Shown here piece after piece: positions 36,267-48,005 of a stretch of 64,000 nt of DNA. Source of the stretch: Macrostomum lignano (lineage: Eukaryota). The notes under the pieces were generated by a model. That model had not been told where the DNA came from, did no database searches, and was given only the letters and a program-made list of their open reading frames with translations. The translations under genes were made by a program, and so were the position numbers. How positions within the stretch are numbered: the stretch's first letter is position 1; every line of letters begins with the position of its first letter. The DNA is taken from positions 62,001-126,000 of the forward strand of contig NIVC01002906.1 in NCBI GenBank assembly GCA_002269645.1. Direction: 5' to 3'.

Positions 36267-37646
36267 CAGTCAGTCAGTTAGTTAGTTAGATATTTAGTTA
36301 GTTAGTTAGTTAGTTAGTTGGTTAGTTAGTCAGTAGTCAGTTAATCAGTTACTAAGCCATCGAGCAATTTTCAGGAAATCCAGCGACTCGCCGTATCAGA
36401 CGAACCGCCGGCTCAGTCGCGCTCCTCAGCAGATCGCCGGCAGCAGCAGCGCGGCAATGCCTCTTCGTCGTCCGGACGACCGGATGATTTCTACCTGCCG
36501 TCGGGCGTCGGGTCGGCGGCTGCAGCGGCCAGCGGTGGTGGCGGCTCGCGAGGCAGCCGCGGTGGCGCAGGGGATCGCGAGGACCGACGCGAGCCGGCGC
36601 CTGGCGCGGACAAGCGCGGCAAAGCGGCCTCCGAGTTGGCTGTGAGCGGCACTTGGCTTCTTTTTAATGCTTTTTTGAGTAGGAGGAAGGGGCAGTAAGG
36701 TCGAGAAGGGACGGTAGAACGAAGAGAGGAGTTGAGTTATTGAGAGCGGGATAGAGTAGAGAAGATTGAGAATGTGAGTTCGTCGATAAAGCATACAACT
36801 CTTGGTCATTCCTATCGCCCCCACCAATCACCACAGGAGTCACTCAGCAACCTGTCGCACGAGGAGATCCTGAAACGTCAGGAGTTTCTACGCAACCAGC
36901 GCGACAAACTGGTGGCAATGAAGCAGCGGGAGCGGGAGGCTCAGCTGGCCAAGCACGAGCGTTCGGCCGGACGGGACCGGCCGTCCAGCGCCAGGGCGGC
37001 CCGCTCGGCCATGTCCGGTCGGCCGGTGAGTTTCTTCGTATAGGGGCGAATAAATCACAATGAATCCCTGGATCGCCCCTGAACTACCAAATTGATCGCC
37101 CCTGAACTACCAAACAAATCGGCCCTGAACTACCAACTGAATCGACCTGAACTACCAAATGAATCGGGCCTGAACTACCAAATGAATCGCCCCTGAACTA
37201 CCAAATGAATCGCCCCTGAACTGTCAAATGAATCGCCCCTGAACTACCAAATGAATCGCCCCTGAACTACCAAATGAATCGCCCCTGAACTACCAAATGA
37301 ATCGCCCCTGAACTGTCAAATGAATCGCCCCTGAACTACCAAATGAATCGCCCCTGAACTACCAAATAAATCGGGCCTGAACTACCAAATGAATCGGCCC
37401 TGAACTACCAAATAAATCGGCCCTGAACTACCAAATGAATCGGCCCTGAACTACCAAATAAATCACCCCTAAGCTATACCAAAATGTCTCCATGATAGGA
37501 TAAAAGCTCCGCAGTCTCACAACCGGTTTGCCATTCCTCAGGAGGACTCGGGACCGCCGAAGCGGAGCGCCGATGACGAGCGGAAGCTGGCCATGCGCAG
37601 GGCCATCGCAGCCAAGCTCAAAGAAGAGGTAATCGACTCAAAGTGA
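34243..37646 (+). CDS. CFAP36: Cilia- and flagella-associated protein 36 (CCDC104/BARTL1), ~383 aa; exons 34243-34339, 35047-35111, 35206-35403, 35626-35856, 36375-36641, 36837-37025, 37542-37646
   Basis: All introns are GT-AG with consistent phases. N-terminal BART-like region IFDHLISYLEHPFFQIPVISFCEQKC...YKRIHKEY...QVLAMESYPLFVRMMQRCNIELQEQAL...ILAMVLRQSKQEFE. C-terminus EEILKRQEFLRNQRDKLVAMK...AAKLKEEVI. Both match CFAP36 motifs as recalled. Confidence 0.88.
35857..36350. repeat. (GTTA)n/(GTCA)n microsatellite filling CFAP36 intron 4
   Basis: Starts exactly at the donor (AAA|GTTAGT) and occupies nearly all of the 518-nt intron. Confidence 0.95.
37041..37470. repeat. 41-bp mini inverted-repeat element (37041-37081) followed by a 23-bp minisatellite (TCGCCCCTGAACTACCAAATGAA), ~17 copies, in CFAP36 intron 6
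   Basis: TAGGGGCGA...TCGCCCCTG inverted pair. Period of 23 (37210 to 37233). Confidence 0.85.
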
Positions 37647-38310
37647 TTCCTAATAAAATATCCGAATTCGTTACTAACGATACTCATATAATTAAAGCAT
37701 CATAAAAATAAAGTCCTCAAATTCAGGAAAATGCCGGTTTTTTATTTAAACTTGCAATTGTTACTCCAGTTAGGAAAAATATTTAATATCGTGAATGTAA
37801 ATATTTTTAAACCTACGCTTTAACTCCCGAAATTATTACCCATTTTATCCAGCTTCAGCAGTGATGATGAAGCCAAAAATATCTTTGGCGAGGCAATGAT
37901 GGTGATTGATCCAGCCTCTCTCTCTATTCCTTTGGATCGTAATCGTTTAATTGCTATTTCTATCTTTAATGTGTTGCTATATTGTGTTCTATCTTTCTTT
38001 TGCTATCTATCTTGCACGTATTTGCTTGTTTTTTTTTAATTTATGAGCACATCTTACCTATCGATAAAAGGTTCTCCGAAATATCTATCTTTGAGATCAA
38101 TTATTTGGTGAATTGGAGTATTTGGTCTATTTGGGATGCTTTTGTAGTCAATGCAGAAAAATGATGCGATGTGGATACAGAGGTATCAATAGGATGAAAA
38201 CAAATGCTAATTTCTAATCCGACATTTATATTTCTGATAAGATTGGACTCCCCCAGCTCCTTGGCTTAACAACTTCTATCGCATATCTTACGAGCTATCT
38301 TCTATTGCCT

Positions 38311-39321
38311 TAGGGGGTCGGCGAACTTCGGCCAAAACCTCTCTGTCCGGCCCTCGGGTTCTTTGAAACTGCACAATAGCAATGTGGCCCGCTCAAGGTC
38401 TCTTCTCAGCTCTCTTCTCTCTAACCTCCTCTCCTTTCTCCTCTCCCTTCTCTCCTCTCCTCTCTCCTCTCCCTTCTCTCCTCTCCTCTCTCCTCTCCCT
38501 TCTCTCCTATCCCTTCTCTCCTCTCCCTTCTCTCCTATCCCTTCTCTCCTCTCCCTTCTCTCCTCTCCCTTCTCTCCTATCCCTTCTCTCCTATCCCTTC
38601 TCTCCTCTCCCTTCTCTCCTCTCCCTTCTCTCCTCTCTCCTCTCCCTTCTCTCCTCTCCTCTCCTCTCTCCTATCCCTTCTTTCCTCTCCCTTCTCTCCT
38701 CTCCTCTCTCCTCTCCCTTCTCTCCTCTCCTCTCTCCTCTCCCTTCTCTCCTCTCCTCTCCTCTCTCCTATCCCTTCTCTCCTATCCCTTCTCTCCTCTC
38801 CCTTCTCTCCTCTCCCTTCTCTCCTCTCCTCTCTCCTATCCCTTCTTTCCTCTCCCTTCTCTCCTCTCCTCTCTCCTCTCCCTTCTCTCCTCTCCTCTCC
38901 TCTCTCCTATCCCTTCTTTCCTCTCCCTTCTCTCCTCTCCTCTCTCCTCTTCCTTCTCTCCTCTCCCTTCTCTCCTCTCCTCTCTCCTCTCCCTTCCCTC
39001 CTCTCCCTTCTCTCCTCTCCCTTCTCTCCTCCCTTCTCTCCTCTCCTCTCTCCTCTCCCTTCTCTCCTCTCCTCTCCTCTCTCCTATCCCTTCTTTCCTC
39101 TCCCTTCTCTCCTCTCCTCTCTCCTCTTCCTTCTCTCCTCTCCCTTCTCTCCTTTCCTACCGTCTACTCACTTTTGTCTCGCCTGTCCGCCTGTCGCCCC
39201 TCGCCTTTCCTTTTTCATATTTTTCTTCTCGCTTCTCTCTCCTCTCTCCCATCCACTGGCCCGCAGTCGTGCGCTAAGGTTCTCTATCTGGCCCTTGTGG
39301 TAAGAAGTTGGCCGACCCCTG
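38311..39321 (+). mobile_element. hAT-Charlie (MER58-like) non-autonomous element containing a ~760-bp CT-rich expansion (38395-39155)
   Basis: Ends TAGGGGGTCGGCGAACTT...TCCGGCCC and ATCTGGCCCTTGTGGTAAGAAGTTGGCCGACCCCTG resemble MER58/Charlie termini (CAGGGGTCGGCAAAC...). No TSD recognisable. Confidence 0.65.
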
Positions 39322-39894
39322 TGATTTAGAATGACTTCCTCCCTCTTGCATCTTTCTTGCAGCACTACAGCAATTTAAATGGTAGCTCCGCTCGTCCGTC
39401 CACTCTTCTCTGTAGATCCTTACCGCTTATTAGCAAATATCTTTATATAGCTATCGTACTCTCTCATGTCAAACCCGTCCTAATTAGAAGCGTCAACACT
39501 CAAGTTACTACTCGTATCTTTTTTGACGAGTTTCCTCTTTTTTTAAATTCGTTAGTCACTAATCTAATATTAATAAATCACACAAAAGTACAAACCGACC
39601 GAGTCATATTCTTCGCATTCCTTCACCGCAGTGCGCTTAATTGCAATGAGTCACAAAATATTTCTAAAGTGCATTTGTTAAAATTTCATTTTCTCGTTTA
39701 TTTATTTTTCACCTTGCTAATCAGCAGCCAAGGGACTACTCCAGAAAATTTTAGGAGGCGGGGTTTTGGAAAAATGCGTTACAGAGATAGGAGGCAGACC
39801 CAATGTCGGCTGATTTTCCATGCAGGAATGAATAATCCGACAATGGGATTCCTTCACGTTCATTCGTGCTTCGACAAGTGTACGTATAGGATGT

Positions 39895-40069
39895 AAAACT
39901 AACATAAAACCCTAATTTTCTAAACAAAAAGCTCTATGAATGTCAATAGAGCTATAAGAAAGGCAATTCATATCAAAAGATGAACATTGGGTCTGCCCGC
40001 AATCAAAAGCAACAAAAACAATTTTTCAAAAAACGTAGTTTCCCCGTCCTTCTACTTGAGTACTCTTTG
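39895..40069 (+). mobile_element. Degenerate, internally deleted copy of the right TIR of the 11439-12136 MITE family
   Basis: AACATAAAACCCTAATTTTC...CATATCAAAAGATGAACATTGGGTCTGCC...CCGTCCTTCTACTTGAGTACTCTTTG aligns by eye to 11902-12136. A further ~40-bp fragment lies at 47531-47570. Confidence 0.7.
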
Positions 40070-40756
40070 CTCACCGCTCGACACAGTCGTCAATAATTAA
40101 ATTGGATTATATGGTTTTGTCAATAATAAAAATTACCTTAACAAAGTATCTGGGTGATTAAATATCTTACATACAAATTCATTATTGAATTTTAAGCAAA
40201 CTTTTGAAATTCACTTTCAAAGATCAAAATCGGCACACATGGAGTTCACATAGTACAAAAATCTCAATTTTCTCTGCCTGATGAAACAATCGTTATGAAA
40301 ATAAAACTGCGCAATCGTACTTGCACAGAGTTACTCATGTAATATACTACTGTAGTGCTGAAGCTTCTGCTATGATGCTGATGCATCAACAGTTTTGTTG
40401 ATGAAGACATTTTTACTTATTTTGTGAAGGATTGACGATCTACGAACTAAAGATTGTATTCAAGAGAGAAAAGGATTTTGTCCTCCTATTTAATATCTAC
40501 ATAAATCTTGCCACAATTTTGTGAAACAATTAAAAGGAGACAACTTTCCTGCATCAAACTTTTGAGCATAGGCGTAGGAACGGGGGGGGACAGTGGGGCC
40601 ATGCCCCCCATCACTTTTTAAAGCGGGGGGCCAGAAATGGTATCTGGCCCCTCCACATTTTAAATGCAAAATGTAGACTTTTTGCTTTTTTTTACTCTTA
40701 TTTTTTTATTTTTGCTGCTTTGCATGAATGCGTTTTGCTGCAGGGCGACAAAACAT

Positions 40757-42215
40757 AGCGCCTGCGGCACCATGAGTGCCTGCGGCGCTAAAATGAGTGC
40801 CTGCGGCGCCAAAATGAGTGCCTGCGGCGCCAAAATGAGTGCCTGCGGCGCCAAAATGAGTGTCTGCGGCGCCAAAATGAGCGCCTTCGGCGCCAAAATG
40901 AGTGCCTGCAGCGCCAAAATGAGTGCCTGCAGCGCCAAAATGAGTGCCTGCGGCGCTAAAATGAGTGTCTGCAGCGCCAAAATGAGTGCCTGCGGCGCCA
41001 AAATGAGTGCCTGCGGCGCCATGAGTGCCTGCGGCGCTAAAATGAGTGCCTGCGGCGCCATGAGTGCCTGCGGCGCCAAAATGAGTGCCTGCGGCGCTAA
41101 AATGAGTGTCTGCGGCGCCAAAATGAGTGCCTGCAGCGCCAAAATGAGTGCCTAAGGCGCTAAAATGAGTGCCTGCGGCGCCAAAATGAGTGCCTGCAGC
41201 GCCAAAATGAGTGCCTGCGGCGCTAAAATGAGTGTCTGCGGCGCCAAAATGAGTGCCTGCAGCGCCAAAATGAGTGCCTGCGGCGCTAAAATGAGTGCCT
41301 GCGGCGCCAAAATGAGTGCCTGCGGCGCTAAAATGAGTGTCTGCGGCGCCAAAATGAGTGCCTGCAGCGCCAAAATGAGTGCCTAAGGCGCTAAAATGAG
41401 TGCCTGCGGCGCCAAAATGAGTGCCTGCAGCGCCAAAATGAGTGCCTGCGGCGCTAAAATGAGTGTCTGCGGCGCCAAAATGAGTGCCTGCAGCGCCAAA
41501 ATGAGTGCCTGCGGCGCTAAAATGAGTGCCTGCGGCGCCAAAATGAGTGCCTGCGGCGCTAAAATGAGTGTCTGCGGCGCCAAAATGAGTGCCTGCAGCG
41601 CCAAAATGAGTGCCTAAGGCGCTAAAATGAGTGCCTAAGGCGCTAAAATGAGTGCCTGCGGCGCCAAAATGAGTGCCTGCGGCGCCAAAATGAGTGCCTG
41701 CGGCGCCAAAATGAGTGTCTGCGGCGCCAAAATGAGCGCCTTCGGCGCCAAAATGAGTGCCTGCAGCGCCAAAATGAGTGCCTGCAGCGCCAAAATGAGT
41801 GCCTGCGGCGCCAAAATGAGTGCCTGCGGCGCTAAAATGAGTGCCTGCGGCGCCATGAGTGCCTGCGGCGCCAAAATGAGTGCCTGCGGCGCTAAAATGA
41901 GTGTCTGCGGCGCCAAAATGAGTGCCTGCAGCGCCAAAATGAGTGCCTAAGGCGCTAAAATGAGTGCCTGCGGCGCCAAAATGAGTGCCTGCAGCGCCAA
42001 AATGAGTGCCTGCGGCGCTAAAATGAGTGTCTGCGGCGCCAAAATGAGTGCCTGCAGCGCCAAAATGAGTGCCTGCGGCGCTAAAATGAGTGCCTGTGGC
42101 GCCAAAATGAGTGCCTGCGGCGCTAAAATGAGTGTCTGCGGCGCCAAAATGAGTGCCTGCAGCGCCAAAATGAGTGCCTAAGGCGCTAAAATGAGTGCCT
42201 GCGGAGCTAAAATGA
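40757..42215. repeat. 21-bp minisatellite (GAGTGCCTGCGGCGCCAAAAT), ~70 copies, with a 231-bp (11-unit) higher-order repeat
   Basis: The GCCTAAGGCGC variant recurs at 231-bp spacing, giving identical ORFs at 41165, 41396 and 41960. Confidence 0.95.
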
Positions 42216-42334
42216 GTGGTGACAACACCGATTCTAAAAATAATTGGTACATTATAATGTGCATTTTCCATATAAAAAAAACAGAAAAACCTAACTCAAC
42301 AAGGGGCGTGCACCCTGTGCGCCCCCACCCCAAA

Positions 42335-43551
42335 ATCCGCCACTGAACCTGCCCCCCCCTAAATCCACCACTGAACCTGCCCCCCCCCCTAAATCCACCA
42401 CTGAACCTGCTCCCCCCTAAATCCACCACTGAACCTGCCCCCCCTAAATCCACCACTGAACCTGCCCCCCTCCCTAAATCCACCACTGAACCTGCCCCCC
42501 CCCTAAATCCACCACTGAACCTGCCCCCCCTAAATCCACCACTGAACCTGCCCCCCTAAATCCACCACTGAACCTGCCCCCCCTAAATCCACCACTGAAC
42601 CTGCCCCCCCCCTAAATCCACCACTGAACCTGCCCCCCCCCCCCCAAATCCACCAATGAACCTGCCACCCCCCCTAAATCCACCACTGAACCTGCCCCCG
42701 CCTAAATCCACCACTGAACCTGCCCCCCCTAAATCCACCACTGAACCTGCCCCCCCTAAATCCACCACTGAACCTGCCCCCCGCCTAAATCCACCACTGA
42801 ACCTGCCCCCCCCCTAAATCCACCACTGAACCTGCCCCCCCCCCCTAAATCCACCACTGAACCTGCTCCCCCCTAAATCCACCACTGAACCTGCCCCCCT
42901 AAATCCACCACTGAACCTGCCCCCCCCCTAAATCCACCACTGAACCTGCCCCCCCTAAATCCACCACTGAACCTGCCCCCCCCTAAATCCACCACTGAAC
43001 CTGCCCCCCCTAAATCCACCACTGAACCTGCCCCCCCTAAATCCACCACTGAACCTGCCCCCCCCTAAATCCACCACTGAACCTGCCCCCCCCCCCCTAA
43101 ATCCACCAATGAACCTGCCACCCCCCTAAATCCACCACTGAACCTGCCCCCGCCTAAATCCACCACTGAACCTGCCCCCCCCCTAAATCCACCACTGAAC
43201 CTGCCCCCCCTAAATCCACCACTGAACCTGCCCCCCCCCCTAAATCCACCACTGAACCTGCCCCCCCTAAATCCACCACTGAACCTGCCCCCCCACTAAA
43301 TCCACCACTGAACCTGCCCCCCCCTAAATCCACCACTGAACCTGCCCCCCCCTAAATCCACCACTGAACCTGCCCCCCCCTAAATCCACCACTGAACCTG
43401 CCCCCCCCCTAAATCCACCACTGAACCTGCCCCCCCCTAAATCCACCACTGAACCTGCCCCCCCTAAATCCACCACTGAACCTGCCCCCCCCTAAATCCA
43501 CCACTGAACCTGCCCCCCCCCCTAAATCCACCACTGAACCTGCCCCCCCCC
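42335..43551. repeat. 26-32-bp minisatellite (TAAATCCACCACTGAACCTG + C6-12), ~42 copies; G-rich on the minus strand
   Basis: Constant 20-mer plus a variable poly-C tract. Confidence 0.95.
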
Positions 43552-44206
43552 CACTTTTTGAAACGTTCCTACGCCTATGCTTTTGAGATTTACAAAATTT
43601 ATTTAGCAATGCAATACGCCCTTGCTTTAAAAATGGAATGCAATACTCTGATGTCAGGCTGGACCTCTTTTGAATTCCAATGGAGTTCAGGCTCCGGTCT
43701 TGAGATAGTTTTTAGCCGTCAAGAATCAAGATGACACACCGAGACGGGGGCCTAATAACGTGGCCCATTAAAACAAGAAGATCTAGAACTTTAGAGGGAC
43801 AGGATAAAAGGTCAGGCTTTGGTTTGAGGTTAGGGAAAATAGCCAACCCAAACCCTCCGATAACAGCTCATGGATTCGTCTTCGTTCTTCCACGCACAGA
43901 AGGAATATACACTGTATTTGAGTTTGAGCGTTCTAATATTCTAACAGCCTAATGGGATTGAAAATCGTTGCTTTTCTCTTGGCTTCACTGTCCAATTGAA
44001 GTGCATCCCAATCCAATCAAAAAAGGAATAAAAAAATACCGAATTTTCGAAGAAAAAAAGTAGACGCAATGGAAGCGCTACAGCTCTGCTCAAATAATAT
44101 TGCCAGTAACTTAAAAAAACCATTCACTTGCTCCTGCAACGGTTACACGCAAATAAAAATGGAATACGGCAGCGACAGTTAAAGAGAGCGCCACAAGTTA
44201 TACAGC

Positions 44207-45853
44207 TCAAGCAACGGGCACTGCGTACAAGTTACTCAGGGACTTTCGCCTTCTCCGGCGCAGCGCCGCCTCGCCACTTTGGGATCGCAGGCGTCGCCGG
44301 TCCATCGCTTTGTAGGCGAATCCGCTCAGCGGCGGCTCGCCGGCTTTGGCCGGGTAGTTCGGCACCGGCCACTTCACCACCGTCCGTGTTGCTGAGGCAG
44401 GCGATGCAAACTCGGCACTTGCCGACAGCGTCGCTGGCGTTCGGATTGGCAGTCTCGACACCTCGCAACAGGTCGGATAGCAAAGGTTGGTCAGCAGAGC
44501 AGCGCTGCTCAGCCAGAGGGTCGGAGCGCGGCCTCCGTCTCTCGCCAGCAGGCGGCTGGTGATGCTCAGTCGGCGAAGCAGCTCCCAGTCGGCGCAATAA
44601 TAGCACACCTGCAGGTGTACATGCAATAAACCGTTATTTTCTCGAATAGCTCTGTTACCTTTCCTTTACCTTTCTGCAGGGAAAATTTCTCAAGAGGGTC
44701 AATGGATTCGCCCTTTAGCAGGAAGTACAGGCATTTCGCCACTACTTATTTGTAATTTTAAAAACGTACAACGTTGTGCAGACCAGCAACTGTACTAGAA
44801 GCGGCTGTCCGCTCCGACATCAGCCGGTAATGACGCGGCGGTTCGAGTGGCTCGGCAATCGAGACGGCCACGGAGGCGAACGGTCCCAGACAGCAGCTGG
44901 ACTCGTGCGGAGCCGGGTGCCGCCTGCGTCGGCTGGTTGGATTCGGCGGCTGCGGCGACGACGGGGGAGTAGACGGAGCAACGGTACAGCTGGGCTGCCT
45001 CCTCCGTGGCTTGGGCACCGGGGGTGGAGTGGTGCTGCCAACTCGTTCGCGATCTCGGAGCAGGCGCCGAAGCTGACGGAGGTCCGTCGTCGAACTTCCA
45101 GCGCTGTCGGCGTCTTCGATGGCGGAGGCGACCTGCCAAGGTGGCGCGATTCAATCGCACACACAAGACTGAGAGCATGTTAAATACAAGCGACAAATCG
45201 ACACTCAACATTTCCCATCCGTTTATTACTGCTGAAACCAGTCATTTATTGTGACTCTCGTCCCATTTTTAAACTCCCTTTTTGGTCGTTCAGTCTCCCT
45301 GTTATTTTGTAGCAGTGAGATAACGGAAATATGCGGTTGGGGTGCATTTATCAGCAAGTTGTGAACTGTAACTTGAAGTGTAAGTTTTGATTTTACTGTA
45401 ATATGTATTTCAGTCCTAGCAAACCCTCACCTGTCTAGCCGGAGTGACAGCAGCAGAGTACATCTCCGCTGCCGATCGCATCCTGTTGGCCCAATACTGC
45501 TTGGGCGCCGCAGGCTGGCAGCCTAAATCACCTAGTTTAAGCCGGTGATAAACTTCCATGAAGTTAATTGGCGCCTCGTCGTCAATCCGCGATCTTCTGA
45601 TCCGATCTGATGGCTTTGACGGCTTTAGCAGTGACGTTCCAAACATCGCCTCGTCTCCTTCCTCGTCTTCAGCGTCATCGTTCGACAAGTCAGATTCCAG
45701 CCAGTTGTTGCAGCGCTTCCTCGCTTTGAACACGGCCGCTCGGCGCTGCAGGCGGAGGCTGGGACCGCCGAAGAACTGCTGCTGCTGCTGCTGAGACCCT
45801 CGGCGAGAGTTGAAGTCCGAGTCGCCGCTGCACGCAGCTGAATGCCGGTCCAT
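44207..45853 (-). CDS. Uncharacterised Ser/Pro/Arg-rich protein, ~395 aa; exons 45853-45431, 45132-44770, 44608-44207
   Basis: ATG 45853 (MDRHS...), CAG|GTGAGG donor, CAG acceptors at 45133 and 44609, GTACGT donor at 44769. All junctions are phase 0 and the frame is open to TGA 44207-44209. No recognisable domain. Confidence 0.55.
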
Positions 45854-48005
45854 CGAGGGCAAGTTTTTTACTCCAGCTTCCTAGCTTAAAAGTAAATAGC
45901 ACCTCGTCTATTTGGCCACTTGCTACGCTACTTTAGCTGAGAACAAAACCTATAGAAATTATCGGCCACAGACAAATTGGCAAATGTCTGTTAAATATAG
46001 AAAGATGTCAATCATAATTATAATGATAGGTCCGCTACCGCCACATAGAATATTCAGAGTGTAATCAATGATCAGTGTTTACCGGTAGAGTTACGGGCTT
46101 TAAGTACGAACAGACTATAAACACAACTAATATCGATCCACTAATACTAACAATAATAACTACTACTAATACCATTATATACCATTTCAAAAACGCTAGA
46201 ACCGATTCAAACAAGCATTCGCTGTCATGATGGAGAGATTAAAAAGCAATTTCCTGGTTATCTTGGTTGTGTTAGAACGTTCATTGCTTGCACTTCAGTC
46301 TGCATCTATTAAGATTCGTGTTCCTAACTAATTCTTAGTTGTATTTTTCAATACTGTATTTTACTATGCGACTCTATCTGTAAATAGCCAGAGGCCTTGT
46401 GTGAGAACTGAGGCGAAGCTTATATTAACAGTAGGAATACCAAGCAGCATGGTGTCCATAGTCACCTGGTATCATCTGTTGAAGGAGCCGACTGCATCGG
46501 GGTGATGACGGGATGCTTGAGAGACCAGCTGAGGATGCCCAGCAGTTGAGGCTTGATCGGCGAAACTAGATAATTTTAGGTAGATAATTTTTCAACAGCA
46601 AAGCTGTTGCAACCTGGTGTCGCCTGTTGAAGATCCAGAAGCTCCGCCTGGGTGAAGGCCAGTGACCAACGAAGTCAAATACGAGCTAAAGAGTACGAGT
46701 ACGAGCTAAAGATGGCTGGACGAGGGCAACCACGGACATAGTTACACGCCCAAGAAGCTTATTTAAGATTTAGAGATGCACACCTGTACGAGCGACACTG
46801 TCCGGTCCCTGCTTCAAAGCAGACGCCCAAACGCAGGTCTCTCCGGAGGAGCTGGACAGTGGCACCTCGGTCGCCACCGACATATCCGCTCCCGGAATCA
46901 GGGGTGGTTCGACGGGCCACCAAAGCTTAGCCAGGAGGAAAGTGAGAACCCGCTCCGAGTCCACGCCTATGACTAACGCTGCAACAACCACCGGAAATTT
47001 TTGTGCGGCAAAACCTGTGGCGCCCAAGATCACCAGCGGAAGAAGAGCACTAACTTATGAACTTAAAATTAACCTGCTAACCAAATTAACCTAAGATTGG
47101 CCCTATAAGAAATTAATTCATACTATTAGATCGCAAGACCTCTCCTACCTCCTTGAATTTCAAACCCTATAAATATATATAACGTTACTATTTCGATCAT
47201 TTATTTTCAGATAGATGCTAGATCCTAATCTTTGATTTCTATGCAAGGAACTCAAAAAAAGGGGAATGATAAAGTAAAAAGAAGCCAAAATAAAAGAACG
47301 CCAAGCCATGTAAGATTTGGTTGCAATAAGTGAAAGTGCAAAGAAAGATAAGCCGTCTAAATGGGACCATATTAGGACGATTCAAAAAGGAACGAAACAA
47401 AAAATTCACTTGTGAGGATTTACAACTTTGGCTTGGGGCTTATAAAATAAGAAGGAAACAATGTGAAAATGAAACCTTCATTGCACGACTATCTATATCA
47501 AATAAGAGTACAACAGAGTAACATGAAACAATGATGTTTTCCTATCTCCGTAGTGTATTTTTTCAGGAAATTGGCCCCATAAAAATGACACGAGTTTTAG
47601 GTCCTGTTATGCTACAATGGCCCTTGACTATGACTACATCAAAGTCAGAAGACAAGGCTGGGACAGAGAGAACTACGCCAAAGGAGACCAGAGGGTCTTA
47701 CACAAAGTACGTATTGCAATAGACAGGTGAAAAAAGGCGTACTGTATGTACATAACAAACTAAAGATTGTGCATGCCAAATAAAAGGAAGGGACTATGGA
47801 AAAGACGGACCGGACCGGAACGCGACTGACCCCAATAAAACAGCATATTTACAATGAACTTCCACGAAACCTCAGAGTTGAAGCATATCTATGGTAAAAC
47901 TTCACAAAAAACTTTCAACCATATGCAAAGGAATATATGAGTGCACGATTCTTATAAACAATCTGCAAAAGCATCTACTCCTAGCTGCTGCATCAACCAA
48001 TCGGC

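Larger units (their letters stand above)
40567..43579. mobile_element. 3013-bp non-autonomous TIR element (hAT/P-like, 8-bp TSD) inflated by two internal minisatellites
   Basis: 16-bp TIR CATAGGCGTAGGAACG / CGTTCCTACGCCTATG. TSD CTTTTGAG at 40559-40566 and 43580-43587. Confidence 0.9.

Noticed and set aside
38363-39329. 304- and 315-aa Leu/Ser/Pro ORFs
   Set aside because: They are a by-product of a C/T-only tract that cannot contain stop codons.
40660-42271. 521-aa (AAGTHFG)n ORF resembling an antifreeze or ice-nucleation repeat protein
   Set aside because: It is a translation of the 21-bp array inside a non-autonomous TIR element with TSD.
46380-47520. Possible decayed retroelement coding remnants (e.g. 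HLYERHCP; KPSKWDHIRTIQKG)
   Set aside because: Frames are short and interrupted, with no diagnostic motif I can name confidently.
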